From: a virus
DNA length: 64,000 nucleotides
Strand: one strand, 5' to 3'
Virus record (IMG/VR): IMGVR_UViG_3300005077_000572
Location: 9,131-73,130 of that record
Shown here: positions 45,408-55,810 of the stretch, piece by piece
Position numbering within the stretch: the first letter of the stretch is position 1
Layout of the letters: each line of letters starts with the position of its first letter
Made by a program: the position numbers and the translations under genes
The notes under the pieces: model-generated
Databases searched by the model: none
Told to the model about the DNA's origin: nothing
The model's input: only the letters and a program-made list of their open reading frames with translations

Positions 45408-46031
45408 TTACAGATCGTTTTCAATCTGTATATTTTCAGGAGTCAGTGACACTTGCCAGGTCACTGGTGCGCTTTCGCTGTAATCCAGTGTGTCGCCGTT
45501 AACAGCAGTTAACATGCAATTGTTCATAATTGTCTGGCGTGTGTGGCCTTCGATGCCTAATTGCTCGATTATCACCTGTCGTATGTAATAACGATTAGTA
45601 GCCAGATACAACCCCATGCCAGTGTCAATATTGGGGGAGGTTACACTCTCGTCGCCACCGAGCGGATCTGTATAATTTCTGATACCGTAGGAGCTATTAT
45701 AGTACTGTTCAGTATAAGGTTGAATTATATTTGCATAAAATTCGTTGTCGTGCGTGTCATAGACTGTGAACGTTGCAGGACCGTAGTTCATCCTGGATTG
45801 AACTACACGTTTTTTGTTATATTGATTTAATGTCTGTGTATCAAATGTAATACTGGGTAATGTTACATTGGCGATTCTTTCGAACACGTAAGTATTGCTA
45901 GTGATTTCAGTGTCCACAACAAAACTAACACGAAAATTAAACTTTAATCGTGGTAGCAGTGTTAGTTTAGTGGATCCACCAGCGCCGTTACCAACGCTGT
46001 AGATCTCACTAGCAAAATTACGGAAAGACAT
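45408..46031 (-). CDS. Tail-tube-like paralogue (gp19/gp54 fold)
   Basis: PRLKFNFRV, LNQYNKKR, Y.P.TFT.YDT, LDYS.S.PV...V. Confidence 0.7.
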   Translation of the reverse strand: MSFRNFASEIYSVGNGAGGSTKLTLLPRLKFNFRVSFVVDTEITSNTYVFERIANVTLPSITFDTQTLNQYNKKRVVQSRMNYGPATFTVYDTHDNEFYANIIQPYTEQYYNSSYGIRNYTDPLGGDESVTSPNIDTGMGLYLATNRYYIRQVIIEQLGIEGHTRQTIMNNCMLTAVNGDTLDYSESAPVTWQVSLTPENIQIENDL

Positions 46032-46051
46032 TGACTATCGTAGTCCAGTTA

Positions 46052-46657
46052 TTAGTTGGTTGTTGCCAGAGCTGAGTCACTGAAACCGATGTTACCTTCT
46101 AAAAGGTCAGTTGCAGTGTCATCATTATGCATGGCGTTGTCGTAACGTAATGTAACAGTAATTAACTGAGCATCACTGGTAGCATAGTTACTTTCACCAT
46201 AGGAAATGTTCTGAATGTAGCAACCCTGTAGAACCCACTGGTCAACATACTGAACAAAATCTCCGTTTGAGCCATCTAGAGTTTCGATAGTAGTGGTGAA
46301 TTTATAATCAACACCGCTGCGAGCAGCTGACTGTGTTGCCATGTCTACCTGACGAGCCATCTGTGCATCAAGTGCTTTGATCACATTGTTGTTTAAATCG
46401 TCACGAATCGTAATGGTGACTGGTTCCCAGGAATGTTTACCAGCCAGGTAAATTCTTGAGTTATATGTATCAATTGTCATTTCATCGTGAGTCAATGTTG
46501 GACGTGTAACGCTTACTACGTTTGCGGTCAACTCGGTCCCGTCGGGATCAGCCACAAATGTAAATCCCACTCTGAAACGATACTGTAATTTTGGCATCAG
46601 TGTACCAGTCTGAGCACCATTTGTTGGTGGTACACTTAATGATGTTAAAACAGCCAT
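46052..46657 (-). CDS. Tail tube protein (T4 gp19-like)
   Basis: PKLQYRFRV, YLAGKHSWEP.T.T.RDD, W.L.GC; AAGGAG RBS before MAVLTSL. Confidence 0.9.
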   Translation of the reverse strand: MAVLTSLSVPPTNGAQTGTLMPKLQYRFRVGFTFVADPDGTELTANVVSVTRPTLTHDEMTIDTYNSRIYLAGKHSWEPVTITIRDDLNNNVIKALDAQMARQVDMATQSAARSGVDYKFTTTIETLDGSNGDFVQYVDQWVLQGCYIQNISYGESNYATSDAQLITVTLRYDNAMHNDDTATDLLEGNIGFSDSALATTN

Positions 46658-46686
46658 GTCTTTCTCCTTAAAAAGTCGTATACATA

Positions 46687-46694
46687 TATTTATA
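46687..46694 (-). promoter_or_regulatory. T4-type late promoter TATAAATA
   Basis: Exact consensus upstream of the tube gene. Confidence 0.65.
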
Positions 46695-46703
46695 ATATTT
46701 TTC

Positions 46704-46732
46704 AAAAAGAAAGACCGCCCTAGGGCGGTCTT
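46704..46732 (-). terminator. Intrinsic terminator after sheath gene
   Basis: AAGACCGCCC-TA-GGGCGGTCTT perfect stem (46711-46732) followed by a U-run on the minus strand. Confidence 0.85.
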
Positions 46733-46752
46733 GTTTTATAAGCTAACCTAAA

Positions 46753-49164
46753 TTAACTTAATGCACCGGTATTAACGATGCGGATCGGAATGTATATAAA
46801 TTCTGCTGCTTTTGTTGGTTCAACGGCAACATCAACATACAATTCATTGCGATCAATACGTGCAGGTGTATTATTGCTTTCATCACAGACAACAGCAAAG
46901 TCGTTTAATCCACGCTTGGCTAGGATATCTGCTAAGAAGCCTTCAAATACCAATTTAATTCTGGCACGTGTTGCAGCGTCATTGGGTTCAAATAAGAACG
47001 GACGGCTGATTTCATCAAATCGCTCACGCAAGTAAGCAACTAGACGTGCAACGTTGACACGATCAAGAGCACTTGTTGTGGCATGCAACGTTTTCTGACC
47101 CCAGACAACTACACCTTCAGCTGGGAAAGTGGCAATTGGGTTGAGTTTGTTGCTATACATGGCATCACGTTGGCCTTGATTTAGTGCAACTGCCTTGAAT
47201 TCGCCTTCGCTGGTGATGTAACCAACAGCGCTGGCATTTTGCACTACACCGCGTGTAGTACCGGCTGGAGCGAACCAGGGGTAAGCGATGTTATCATTAT
47301 ATGCATACTGATATAATGCCATGTGACTGGCCGGAACCGTAACAGTGACACCAGCTGGTGTAGTAGCACGGCCTGCAGGATAGTATACTGCACTGTATGT
47401 GTTTTTAGTAATCAAACCATCTTCGCCATTTTCTGATGCAGTGTTGCCCTGGACCCAGGCCACGGCCTCAGTGGGTGTCTTACGCATAGGTGCATCAATG
47501 ATGATGAAACCAGTTTCACCACGATCGCTGTTTAGCGTCACTAACTCATCAGTTAATTCTGGGAAGTTAGGAGCAGTCAACAATGTAAAGTTGCGCATTG
47601 GATCACGCAGGTCTTCATTGCCGGCAACTGCTGCTTGCATGGCGACTGTAATTACTTTGCGCTGTGCTAGACGACCGAATGCACCACTGCCGTCGGCGTG
47701 ATTGCTGGCAGCATTTCTCCAGGCACCGGCTGTGGCATTGTATGCACGAACGGTGTTGGCACTCTGAGTCATGTTAACAGCCAATATACCCGAGGGGTAC
47801 AGCTGATAATCAGGAGCGTCTGCAATTAGTGTTAATGTACCAAATGGCACATCTGTGCGGGTTTCATCAGAGAAATCAGCAAATAATACGCCATCTTGTG
47901 TTGTCTGATCAGTATTATCATGTAACATCCAGGCACTGCCGTTCCACTTGTTGAGTTTGGGATAATCACGCTCGTTAGCGCTGGTATCAACCCAGACATC
48001 GCCAACATTTAAGCTAGAACCATTTGAACGTGTAACTGGCTCTGTGGCGCTATATTGGATAGCTTCACTGGCAATTCTGTCCCAGCCAAAATGGCCACGA
48101 ACCAGAATGTCCAGATCAGTCTGCGCATCATTAAACCACAACACACCGTCAGCAGGAGCACCAGTAGGCTCAGCATCTTGTGCATAAATGGTGCTGGTAA
48201 TAGGCGTAGCAGTGCCGGCTGCAGTGTTGTCAACGGTAAATCCACCAACCGATGCAGCTCGCAATGAAAGCTGTAGATTTGTGTTAGTGAGTGGACTTAA
48301 TGCAGCGATGCTTGTACCGTCTTGTAGTACATAAACTGAGCCACCAGCAGTGGTGGTTACACCTTGTACTGTTTCTAGACCAAATACACCTGCAGAGTTA
48401 GTCTTATAAACTGCTAGACGAACACCATTACCAGCACGGGTAGTTTTAACCCAGACATCACCAGTGACTGGGGATGCTGGTGCTGCATAGTGCTGACTAT
48501 AAGTAACAGTAAATGTTGCGCTAGAATCTAAACGCACCCAGGAACCAGATACGCCGCGATAGTAAGTAACAGATACGTCTGTGGCACCATCGCTTAATAT
48601 TGTTACTAGATAATCACCGTTGGTAACGGTGGTTGTTGGTGTATATGTACCCGCAACTTCACCAGCAGTGGCATCAGTGTTAACTTCTACGATGACATCC
48701 TGTAAAATCCAGGTACTACCATTCCACTCATGAACGCCAAATGCGCTGCCATCAGTGTCAATCCAGTAAGTGTTACCTGCAACTGGACCTGTGGGAGCAT
48801 CTGCAGATGATACTAGTTCAGCTAGATCAATGTTGGCACGTACAACGTAGGCTTGTGAACCTTGACCTAGATAACTGTAGGCCGCTAGTAAACCGTATTC
48901 GCTTGTTTCGGCGCCTTCGCCGTCGGTAAACACTGGGTCACCGAAAAATTGTGTCAGTTCTCGCTGACTTGTTACTGGTACAACTGCACCAGCGACTGCA
49001 GATTTAGTATATTTCGCAATACCATCTGATTCTGTTCCTGTTGGGTCGATCTTGTCCTGACGTGTGGCAACAATCAATAATGGGATTGTTCCTGTGCCGG
49101 GTGACGCATATGCGCTCTCGTCAGTTACTGATACCGCAACACCTGGGGAAACTAAAGTAGCCAT
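46753..49164 (-). CDS. Contractile tail sheath (T4 gp18-like)
   Basis: LVSPGV.V...DES, YPWFAPAG..RG, NPI, WGQKT, LDRVNVARL, FLFEPND..TR, IEFIYIP-like end. Confidence 0.97.
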   Translation of the reverse strand: MATLVSPGVAVSVTDESAYASPGTGTIPLLIVATRQDKIDPTGTESDGIAKYTKSAVAGAVVPVTSQRELTQFFGDPVFTDGEGAETSEYGLLAAYSYLGQGSQAYVVRANIDLAELVSSADAPTGPVAGNTYWIDTDGSAFGVHEWNGSTWILQDVIVEVNTDATAGEVAGTYTPTTTVTNGDYLVTILSDGATDVSVTYYRGVSGSWVRLDSSATFTVTYSQHYAAPASPVTGDVWVKTTRAGNGVRLAVYKTNSAGVFGLETVQGVTTTAGGSVYVLQDGTSIAALSPLTNTNLQLSLRAASVGGFTVDNTAAGTATPITSTIYAQDAEPTGAPADGVLWFNDAQTDLDILVRGHFGWDRIASEAIQYSATEPVTRSNGSSLNVGDVWVDTSANERDYPKLNKWNGSAWMLHDNTDQTTQDGVLFADFSDETRTDVPFGTLTLIADAPDYQLYPSGILAVNMTQSANTVRAYNATAGAWRNAASNHADGSGAFGRLAQRKVITVAMQAAVAGNEDLRDPMRNFTLLTAPNFPELTDELVTLNSDRGETGFIIIDAPMRKTPTEAVAWVQGNTASENGEDGLITKNTYSAVYYPAGRATTPAGVTVTVPASHMALYQYAYNDNIAYPWFAPAGTTRGVVQNASAVGYITSEGEFKAVALNQGQRDAMYSNKLNPIATFPAEGVVVWGQKTLHATTSALDRVNVARLVAYLRERFDEISRPFLFEPNDAATRARIKLVFEGFLADILAKRGLNDFAVVCDESNNTPARIDRNELYVDVAVEPTKAAEFIYIPIRIVNTGALS

Positions 49165-49250
49165 TTACCATCTCCTCTAGAAAATATTTGTGTTTTAGCA
49201 ACTCAGATATTTAGCAGATCACTACTTATTCACCGAAGATAAGGTATTAA

Positions 49251-49868
49251 CTACGTATTTAATATACTAAATACATGCTGTTTTAGATCTTCAAGATCTG
49301 AATCATTTGTAATAATATGATCAAAATGTTCGCTGGGTGATGCCCAGCGATATTCACTTTCATGAATATTATACTTGGCCATTAAATTTGAGCCGGTAAT
49401 ATTATCAGTGATGGCATCTGAATACCAGACTGGAGGGGCTCCACGACGTACTTGCCAGAGTTCTCCATGAAGGCCACGAACTGCGGAGATTTCATTGTAA
49501 AATCTAACGTCAGGAATCACCCAGTTACATTCCGGATTTTTTAATATTTCTTGTTTTACTAGGCTGATCCAGATCTGATCACTGAATCCTCGACGCATAC
49601 AATCAGTACCGAAAAGTTGCAACACTAGTCGTGGAGTAATAGTGCGACCAGTTTCAGCAGTCCAGAAATCGTCTACTTGTTCACGCCAGTGACGACTCTC
49701 TACTGTATCACCCTCAAGTAAGGCACGATCCCAGCCAAAAATTGTACTAACACCGTCTTTAAGACGATCTGCAAAACTTATTTTTTTATAGCCAGTTTCA
49801 ACTAGAATATCAGCAACTGTACCCTTGCCGCTGCCGATTAATCCGCAAATTCCAATAATTTTACCCAT
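49251..49868 (-). CDS. Deoxynucleoside monophosphate kinase (T4 gp1-like)
   Basis: IIGICG..GSGKGT, SFAD.LK, PR..LQ.FGT, DVRF.NE, H.SE. Confidence 0.92.
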   Translation of the reverse strand: MGKIIGICGLIGSGKGTVADILVETGYKKISFADRLKDGVSTIFGWDRALLEGDTVESRHWREQVDDFWTAETGRTITPRLVLQLFGTDCMRRGFSDQIWISLVKQEILKNPECNWVIPDVRFYNEISAVRGLHGELWQVRRGAPPVWYSDAITDNITGSNLMAKYNIHESEYRWASPSEHFDHIITNDSDLEDLKQHVFSILNT

Positions 49869-49894
49869 GATTATAACCAAAATTTAATATTTTA

Positions 49895-49922
49895 ATTATA
49901 ACAAAAAACCAAAAATAGTCAA
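49895..49922 (-). promoter_or_regulatory. sigma70-like promoter for dNMP kinase
   Basis: TTGACT-N16-TATAAT. Confidence 0.5.
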
Positions 49923-49924
49923 AA

Positions 49925-50662
49925 TTAGCCGATGACAAATCCCAGTCCCGAGCTGCCTTCGGTGTACAATCTTAGATCTTCTTCTAATTTTTCTAGATCG
50001 GCCTGGGCATCAGCTCGCAGTGCATCGGCATTTAGGCTGGTACCGCCCTGTGGGCCAGCTACTTGTGCAAATTTTCCGCGTGCTTCAGCCAGCATTAGAC
50101 GCAACTGTGCAAATGAGTAGTCGCTGAGCCAGGGTTTCGCATAGGGATCAGTCAGTAACTCATCTTCGGATCGCTGTTTGAATACATGTAGATAGACATC
50201 ATCATCAGAACGTATTCTGCGATGAATTAATAATTTATGTGTAACTGTGTTCCAGGTAAATGTATACTCGGCGCCAAATAGTCTGCCTAGGGACTCTCGC
50301 TGTTGTGCCAGCGCATCATAGACGGCCAGGCCGCCGGCACGTCCACTGTTATAGAGATAGGTATTAAGATACTGTGCTTCAAACGGTTCGAAATCATTGC
50401 TGCTGGTACCACTAACCCCGCTGCTGCGACGATATATGTCATAGACTTCAATGACGTCACTGGATAGTGTATATTCGCTCTGGTCGGTGATCAGACGCAG
50501 TGGTATAAAACTTTCCTGTACAGCATTTTCACTGCGCTGACGGAACTTGGCTAGAGCTTTATCAATAGCTAAATCGTAGTGCTCGGGGTCGGCTTCGACG
50601 TCAACCATCTGTCCACCTAGACGTAAAAACATTTCTTTAACTAATTTATCTCGCATAGTCAT
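49925..50662 (-). CDS. Neck protein (T4 gp13-like head-tail adaptor)
   Basis: LRLG..MVDVE, LAEARGKF....GPQGG..LN; AGGAG RBS before MTMRDKL. Confidence 0.85.
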   Translation of the reverse strand: MTMRDKLVKEMFLRLGGQMVDVEADPEHYDLAIDKALAKFRQRSENAVQESFIPLRLITDQSEYTLSSDVIEVYDIYRRSSGVSGTSSNDFEPFEAQYLNTYLYNSGRAGGLAVYDALAQQRESLGRLFGAEYTFTWNTVTHKLLIHRRIRSDDDVYLHVFKQRSEDELLTDPYAKPWLSDYSFAQLRLMLAEARGKFAQVAGPQGGTSLNADALRADAQADLEKLEEDLRLYTEGSSGLGFVIG

Positions 50663-50686
50663 AATATGATCTATCTCCTGTACCAT

Positions 50687-50725
50687 TATTTATAATAGTT
50701 CGTAACATTGATGTTCTGATAAATA
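50687..50725. promoter_or_regulatory. Divergent pair of late promoters
   Basis: TATAAATA on - (50687-50694) and ATAAATA on + (50719-50725) between gp13 and gp14. Confidence 0.6.
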
Positions 50726-50742
50726 TCATAAAGGATTTTAGC

Positions 50743-51900
50743 ATGCCACGACTAAGTTTATGGAAACCCAGTAAAACCAACGACTATTATTTTTTAGACA
50801 GAACTATCCGTGAACAATTTCAGATTGGTGGTACTGGCGCCTATATTCACAAATATATAGGGCCACAGAGTCAGGGCGAAACCGGAGATCCTGCTAGACC
50901 CAATTATGCCAGCGGACTTGAGGTTGATCCCATCACTGGCGATTACACCAATCCTCAGGGCGTAGTCAATGAAACAAAAATTCAGGATTTATTGTTCATG
51001 GAGAACCGCGATCGCCGTTACGATCCCGACGTCTATGAACTCCGCGGAGTCTACAACGTCAGTGACAACGATTTTGATCTAACACAATTTGGTTTGTTTT
51101 TAACCAACGATGTGTTGTTTATGACCTTTCACATGAATTCCATGGTGGAAATAATCGGACGTAGACTTATGCCCGGAGACGTTCTGGAACTTCCACACTT
51201 ATTGGACGACCTAGCACTGGATGCTGGAAGAAAACCCATACCGAAATTTTATGTGGTCCAGGATGCCAACCGTGGCAGCGAAGGATTTAGTGCTACCTGG
51301 ATGCCGCACATCTGGAGAGTAAAATTATCTCCGATCACCGACAGTCAGGAATACGGCGATATACTGGGCGATGCTGGTGATGCTGACAGCCTTAAGAACA
51401 CTGTCAGCAGTTACAAGAAAGAGCTGGACATCAGCAACGCCATTGTCAAGGCAGCGGAAATTGCTGATCCCAATGGCATGGCGCTGATGGACCATCTGTT
51501 TGGCATTCAGCCCGAGTCCACTGCCAGTGACTGGAACTATGGCGAAGATATTCCCAACGGTACTAGTTTCCCACAGGGTGCAGCCGAAGGAACTTATTTT
51601 GTGCGCACTGATTTCAGTCCCAATAGATTGTTTGTTCGACGCGGCACTAAGTGGCATCGTCTTTATGATGAAGTCGCTGCCAGTACCTGGAGTGACAGGA
51701 CATACAATGCCAGCACGTTTATCAATAATCCCGACAGTACTACTGTGGTCGCCGACGGATCAGAATTTCCCGAGCGTCAACCACTAAGTCAGACAATACT
51801 ACCACAAGCAGATCTAGGTACTGCCAGCACAGACCCGCTGACTGACCAATTGGATACTGATTACACTAGTGACGATTACACCGATCCCGATTATGTTTAA
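50743..51900 (+). CDS. Neck / head closure protein (T4 gp14-like)
   Basis: IQDLLFMENRDRRY, QFGLFL..D, GDVLELP; position next to gp13 and gp15. Confidence 0.8.
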   Translation: MPRLSLWKPSKTNDYYFLDRTIREQFQIGGTGAYIHKYIGPQSQGETGDPARPNYASGLEVDPITGDYTNPQGVVNETKIQDLLFMENRDRRYDPDVYELRGVYNVSDNDFDLTQFGLFLTNDVLFMTFHMNSMVEIIGRRLMPGDVLELPHLLDDLALDAGRKPIPKFYVVQDANRGSEGFSATWMPHIWRVKLSPITDSQEYGDILGDAGDADSLKNTVSSYKKELDISNAIVKAAEIADPNGMALMDHLFGIQPESTASDWNYGEDIPNGTSFPQGAAEGTYFVRTDFSPNRLFVRRGTKWHRLYDEVAASTWSDRTYNASTFINNPDSTTVVADGSEFPERQPLSQTILPQADLGTASTDPLTDQLDTDYTSDDYTDPDYV

Positions 51901-51914
51901 AAATACCATGGAGA

Positions 51915-52290
51915 GTGACAATGACTATTAAATTACGATTAAGCAAAGGTTCCAAGCTATCTCATATAGAACTAGATAGTAACTTTGTTGAGTTAGATAA
52001 CCGCGTAAGTGCGCTGGAATCAGCGACGCCTGGTGGGGGTGGAGAACACTATGTTATGGCAGATATCGCAGATCCTTTGCAGTTAAACGGTGTTTTGACC
52101 ACAACAAACATTATCGAAAACGGTGTAGTTTCTTCAGAACTTGTAACCAGTTATGCGTTAGTCGGCGGCAGTACTTATAAATTCTATCTGGAGGGGTGCC
52201 ACTGAACCATGGAATACTTTAGAAACTTCCACTCTACAAGTCGTACCTAATATCTGGCGTCGTGTGGCCTGGAGTGCGGATACTTGGTAA
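51915..52290 (+). CDS. Small tail-associated protein, apparently frameshifted (+1) near 52191-52197
   Basis: Frame 0: IKLRLSKGSKLSHIELDSNF..., stop at 52203-52205. The +1 frame continues GATEPWNTLETSTLQVVPNIWRRVAWSADTW to TAA at 52288-52290. Confidence 0.55.
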
Positions 52291-52318
52291 AACGGTAAAT
52301 ATACTAAAGCGAAAAATT

Positions 52319-53671
52319 ATGCAATACTTTTACGACAGACAGATTAGACGTTACATACAACAATTTATTCGATTATTCAGCGGATTTAGTGTTGAAATGG
52401 GTACTAACTCTGATGGCACTAAAATATATCAGACAGTGCCAGTACGTTACGGTGATGTCAGTCGTATGGCTGCACACATTGTCAAGGACAACAGTGAAAA
52501 CGTGGTGAATGCCACGCCGTTTATCAGTTGTTATGTCAGCGACATGGCAATTGCGCCGGATCGCCGAACACACAGTCAGTATTCCGACAAAGTTCAAGTC
52601 TACGAAAAAAAGGTCGACGAAGCCACGGGTGCGTACATTGACGAAGTTGGTAACACCTATCAGATTACTCGGTATCAACCGGTACCCTATGATTTGACCA
52701 TGCAGGTTGACATTTGGACCAGTAATACTGAACAGAAGCTACAGTTGCTGGAACAAATATTGGTATTATTTAACCCCAGTCTAAACATCCACAGTACTAA
52801 CAATCCCTTTGACTGGACCAGTCTAAGTTTAGTTGAACTAACCAACATGACCTGGAGTGTACGTGCTATACCCAGTGGTGCTGACGAAATCATTGATGTG
52901 GCTACACTACAATTTGAATTACCGATTTTTATCAGTCCGCCGGCCAAGGTCCAACGTCAGACACTGATACATACTATTCTTAATAATTTAAGCAGTGTAG
53001 ACGATGAGAACCTGGACAATTTTAGAATTGGTGAGGAATTTTCCGCAAACTATCAATCTTATAAAATAGTAACACTGGAAAATTTTAAATTGAGATTCCT
53101 GGATGGTTATGCTTATATACTCAATCGTGCCGGTGGCAACACTGACGCCGACGGCAACGTATTAACCTGGCGTGATGCACTAACCAGTTACGGTGCACTG
53201 AAACCCGGCATCAGTCAGATACGCCTACGTCAGACTGCTGATCCCACTGACACCAGCGAAGATGTCATTGGAACTATTGAATTTGACGACACTGATCCCG
53301 GTCGGTTAATAGTCAGCATTGACTCCGACACACTACCGCCCAATACTCAGGGCACAGTCAATGCCATTATTAATCCCGGAGTTAATTATCCCGGAGATGG
53401 TCAATTACCGGCTGCAGCCGTTGGTCAACGTTATCTGATATTGTCGGATGTACCCAACTCCGATGTCTGGGGTTTAACTGCACAGGCTAATGACATTATT
53501 ACTTACAACGGCAGCAACTGGACTGTGGCATTCGCTGCCAGTTCTAATACCCTGGGCCGTGAATTTATTGTAAACTTGTCCACTGGAGACCAATTTGAGT
53601 GGACTGGTACTAACTGGCAAAATAGTTATGAAGGCGTTTACCGAGAAGGCTACTGGCGACTCTACCTCTAA
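52319..53671 (+). CDS. Tail terminator / sheath stabiliser (T4 gp15-like)
   Basis: MQYFYDRQIRRY..QF.R.F, VP..YG, PVPY.L...VDIW, LLEQILVLFNP. Confidence 0.88.
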   Translation: MQYFYDRQIRRYIQQFIRLFSGFSVEMGTNSDGTKIYQTVPVRYGDVSRMAAHIVKDNSENVVNATPFISCYVSDMAIAPDRRTHSQYSDKVQVYEKKVDEATGAYIDEVGNTYQITRYQPVPYDLTMQVDIWTSNTEQKLQLLEQILVLFNPSLNIHSTNNPFDWTSLSLVELTNMTWSVRAIPSGADEIIDVATLQFELPIFISPPAKVQRQTLIHTILNNLSSVDDENLDNFRIGEEFSANYQSYKIVTLENFKLRFLDGYAYILNRAGGNTDADGNVLTWRDALTSYGALKPGISQIRLRQTADPTDTSEDVIGTIEFDDTDPGRLIVSIDSDTLPPNTQGTVNAIINPGVNYPGDGQLPAAAVGQRYLILSDVPNSDVWGLTAQANDIITYNGSNWTVAFAASSNTLGREFIVNLSTGDQFEWTGTNWQNSYEGVYREGYWRLYL

Positions 53672-54128
53672 GCATGTATCTGCCAGTGGCTGCATATTTT
53701 TAGCACTGGATACTGGCAGAATTTGTCTACAGTTAAGGAACAGTCAGAGTTTCCATGGAACCTGGAGTTTCTGGGGCGGGCGTGCTCGGCGCGGGGAACG
53801 TCCAGTGGAGACACTGCTACGTGAACTGCGTGAAGAGATCGGCCTGTTACCGGATTTTGAGAAAATATATCCCCTGCATAAATTCACTAGTCTGGATCAG
53901 CACTTTGAATACAATGCATTTGTAGTCACTGTATTCGAAGAGTTCACCCCCAGTACCAACGACGAAACTGCTGGTTATGCCTGGGTCAACTATCACATGG
54001 TGCCGCGTCCACTGCATCAGGGAGCCAAGTTGGTTTTTGAAAATCCCGAGATGATTAAAAAAATCACCACTATACTAGAGACGCACACCAATTCTGGTGA
54101 TATCAGAAACTGGCTGGATACGTTTTAA
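53628..54128 (+). CDS. NUDIX hydrolase
   Basis: WSFWGG....GE.PVETLLRELREEIG Nudix box; LHQG. Confidence 0.88.
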   Translation: MKAFTEKATGDSTSKHVSASGCIFLALDTGRICLQLRNSQSFHGTWSFWGGRARRGERPVETLLRELREEIGLLPDFEKIYPLHKFTSLDQHFEYNAFVVTVFEEFTPSTNDETAGYAWVNYHMVPRPLHQGAKLVFENPEMIKKITTILETHTNSGDIRNWLDTF

Positions 54129-55200
54129 CTGACTGACGTTCCTGTTGGCGTTGCTGGAAACGTTCACGCTGCCAGACTTGACTGCGATAATTTTTTAGTA
54201 TGTAGTTCAGGTCGTTTCTGTAAGTTTCAACGTCAGACAGCGCAGTCTGACAGCCATCTTTAATATAGGTCTGTAGACGAGAGTTGGTGTTGGTGGCCAC
54301 TCCACCAGTTTGTAGATACACCTGTTTGGTTAGGTAATAGTTGTAGTCGTCCAGGTAACTTCGTAGAATTCGTTGTTTGACGCAGTCATCGTAAAGATCA
54401 GGGATCAATTCCATCTGAATAGTATTGGTATATGAACTGACCCAGGCCTGATAGGGATCTACGGCATCATCAAATTCACCAAATTCATACTCTTCCAGAA
54501 CCTGTATGTCTAGTCGTGTGCGTCGTTGCAAATATCGTTTTAGATAGTTGCGATGAATATACACAGCATTGCCGTCTGCGTAGGTGATACCGTTGCTGCG
54601 ATGATTAGTCTTACAAAAAACCAGAGCATCGTCAATGTCAATGTCAGGGTGTTCAAATTTAGCGATGTCAATCTGTACATTGATGTCAAAAACATAGATG
54701 TGCTCAGTCAGTAAGTCGGGATTTAGTTGATCTATGGCATCACGCAGGCTGTCAGCATTGGTAACTAGTCGAGCATTCCCAAATTTAAGCTGGTGTGCAT
54801 TAAATTTTTTACGAGCACGTTCGGGATTAGTGTCCGCAGAGAAAAATATCATAGAGAAATTTTCCAGCGTATAGCATGCCGGCAACGGTTGTTGTATCTC
54901 CTGTTTGCGCATTCTAGGATCTGTGCTGACTAATTTAAGGACATTCCAGTTCATGGGCTGGCGTGTAGAGCTATTACACATCGGAAAACAGTGCACACAA
55001 TCACGTTGATTCTGATTAGGCCTCCAGCTCCAGTCAAAATCTTCACGTATTTCCATGCGATGATTCTGCAACCAGACATAGGGGTATCGATCTTGAAACT
55101 GGTCTGCAACCGAGTAGTCTAAAAGATCATAGACTTTGATTATTGGTAAATTGTTCAGGCGGCGTAGTGTAGCGCCGAAGGCAAGTTCTGTTTTAAACAT
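54103..55200 (-). CDS. Glycosyltransferase-like (degenerate GT-A) multidomain protein
   Basis: YVW....E..EDFDWSWRP repeat-like N-terminus; central MIFFS...A...F....KF.NARLV..., HIYVFD domain; adjacent to a GT2 gene. Confidence 0.45.
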   Translation of the reverse strand: MFKTELAFGATLRRLNNLPIIKVYDLLDYSVADQFQDRYPYVWLQNHRMEIREDFDWSWRPNQNQRDCVHCFPMCNSSTRQPMNWNVLKLVSTDPRMRKQEIQQPLPACYTLENFSMIFFSADTNPERARKKFNAHQLKFGNARLVTNADSLRDAIDQLNPDLLTEHIYVFDINVQIDIAKFEHPDIDIDDALVFCKTNHRSNGITYADGNAVYIHRNYLKRYLQRRTRLDIQVLEEYEFGEFDDAVDPYQAWVSSYTNTIQMELIPDLYDDCVKQRILRSYLDDYNYYLTKQVYLQTGGVATNTNSRLQTYIKDGCQTALSDVETYRNDLNYILKNYRSQVWQRERFQQRQQERQSVKTYPASF

Positions 55201-55789
55201 TGGATAATCTTAAATCAACAACACCGGTGTGGCGACATTCCTGGCTGGCATCAACATCCACATAAACTGTTATACCGTACTCGGCCAGTGTTTTACAAAA
55301 TCCCAGATCCTCGCCCTGATAACTACCGGTCTTGTAATCATAACTAAACGCGAACCAGGGCGCTGGAATGGTTTTAAAAACACTGACATCAGTTAACATA
55401 CAACCCATGCCCACGGCATACACTGGATGTAGTCCAGTACTACTGGCTAGGCGTTGTGACAGATCAAATTGATCAGTAAAGGCAGTACTCTGGTAGGGCT
55501 GTGTTCGTGTACTGTAAGCACAGGCAACTACCGGTGACTGATGTCGCTGCAGTAGTTGATATATTGTTGCTGGAAATACCATGTCACTGTCTAGCCAGAG
55601 AATTTCACTACAGTTGGCTGCTAGCGCACTGTTTACTAGACGCTGACGTTGATCTGGTAGTATACTGCCACTCTCAAAAAACAACATAAATGGCTGTCGT
55701 TCTGTCGATAGTCTGGCAGTTAACTGTGCCAGACTATATGCAAACCCAGTGGTGACATCGTTCCTGACTGGTACGCAGATTGCCAACAT
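55193..55789 (-). CDS. GT2-like glycosyltransferase
   Basis: ICVPVR, LWLDSDM (DxD), VGMGCML, PWF, GED.GFC. Confidence 0.8.
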   Translation of the reverse strand: MLAICVPVRNDVTTGFAYSLAQLTARLSTERQPFMLFFESGSILPDQRQRLVNSALAANCSEILWLDSDMVFPATIYQLLQRHQSPVVACAYSTRTQPYQSTAFTDQFDLSQRLASSTGLHPVYAVGMGCMLTDVSVFKTIPAPWFAFSYDYKTGSYQGEDLGFCKTLAEYGITVYVDVDASQECRHTGVVDLRLSNV

Positions 55790-55810
55790 ATGAAATGAAA
55801 AAGTTGTTGA

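Noticed and set aside
53595-53671. Apparent missing start or frameshift at the NUDIX 5' end
   Set aside because: An in-frame ATG at 53628 overlapping the gp15 3' end explains it; no frame break is needed.
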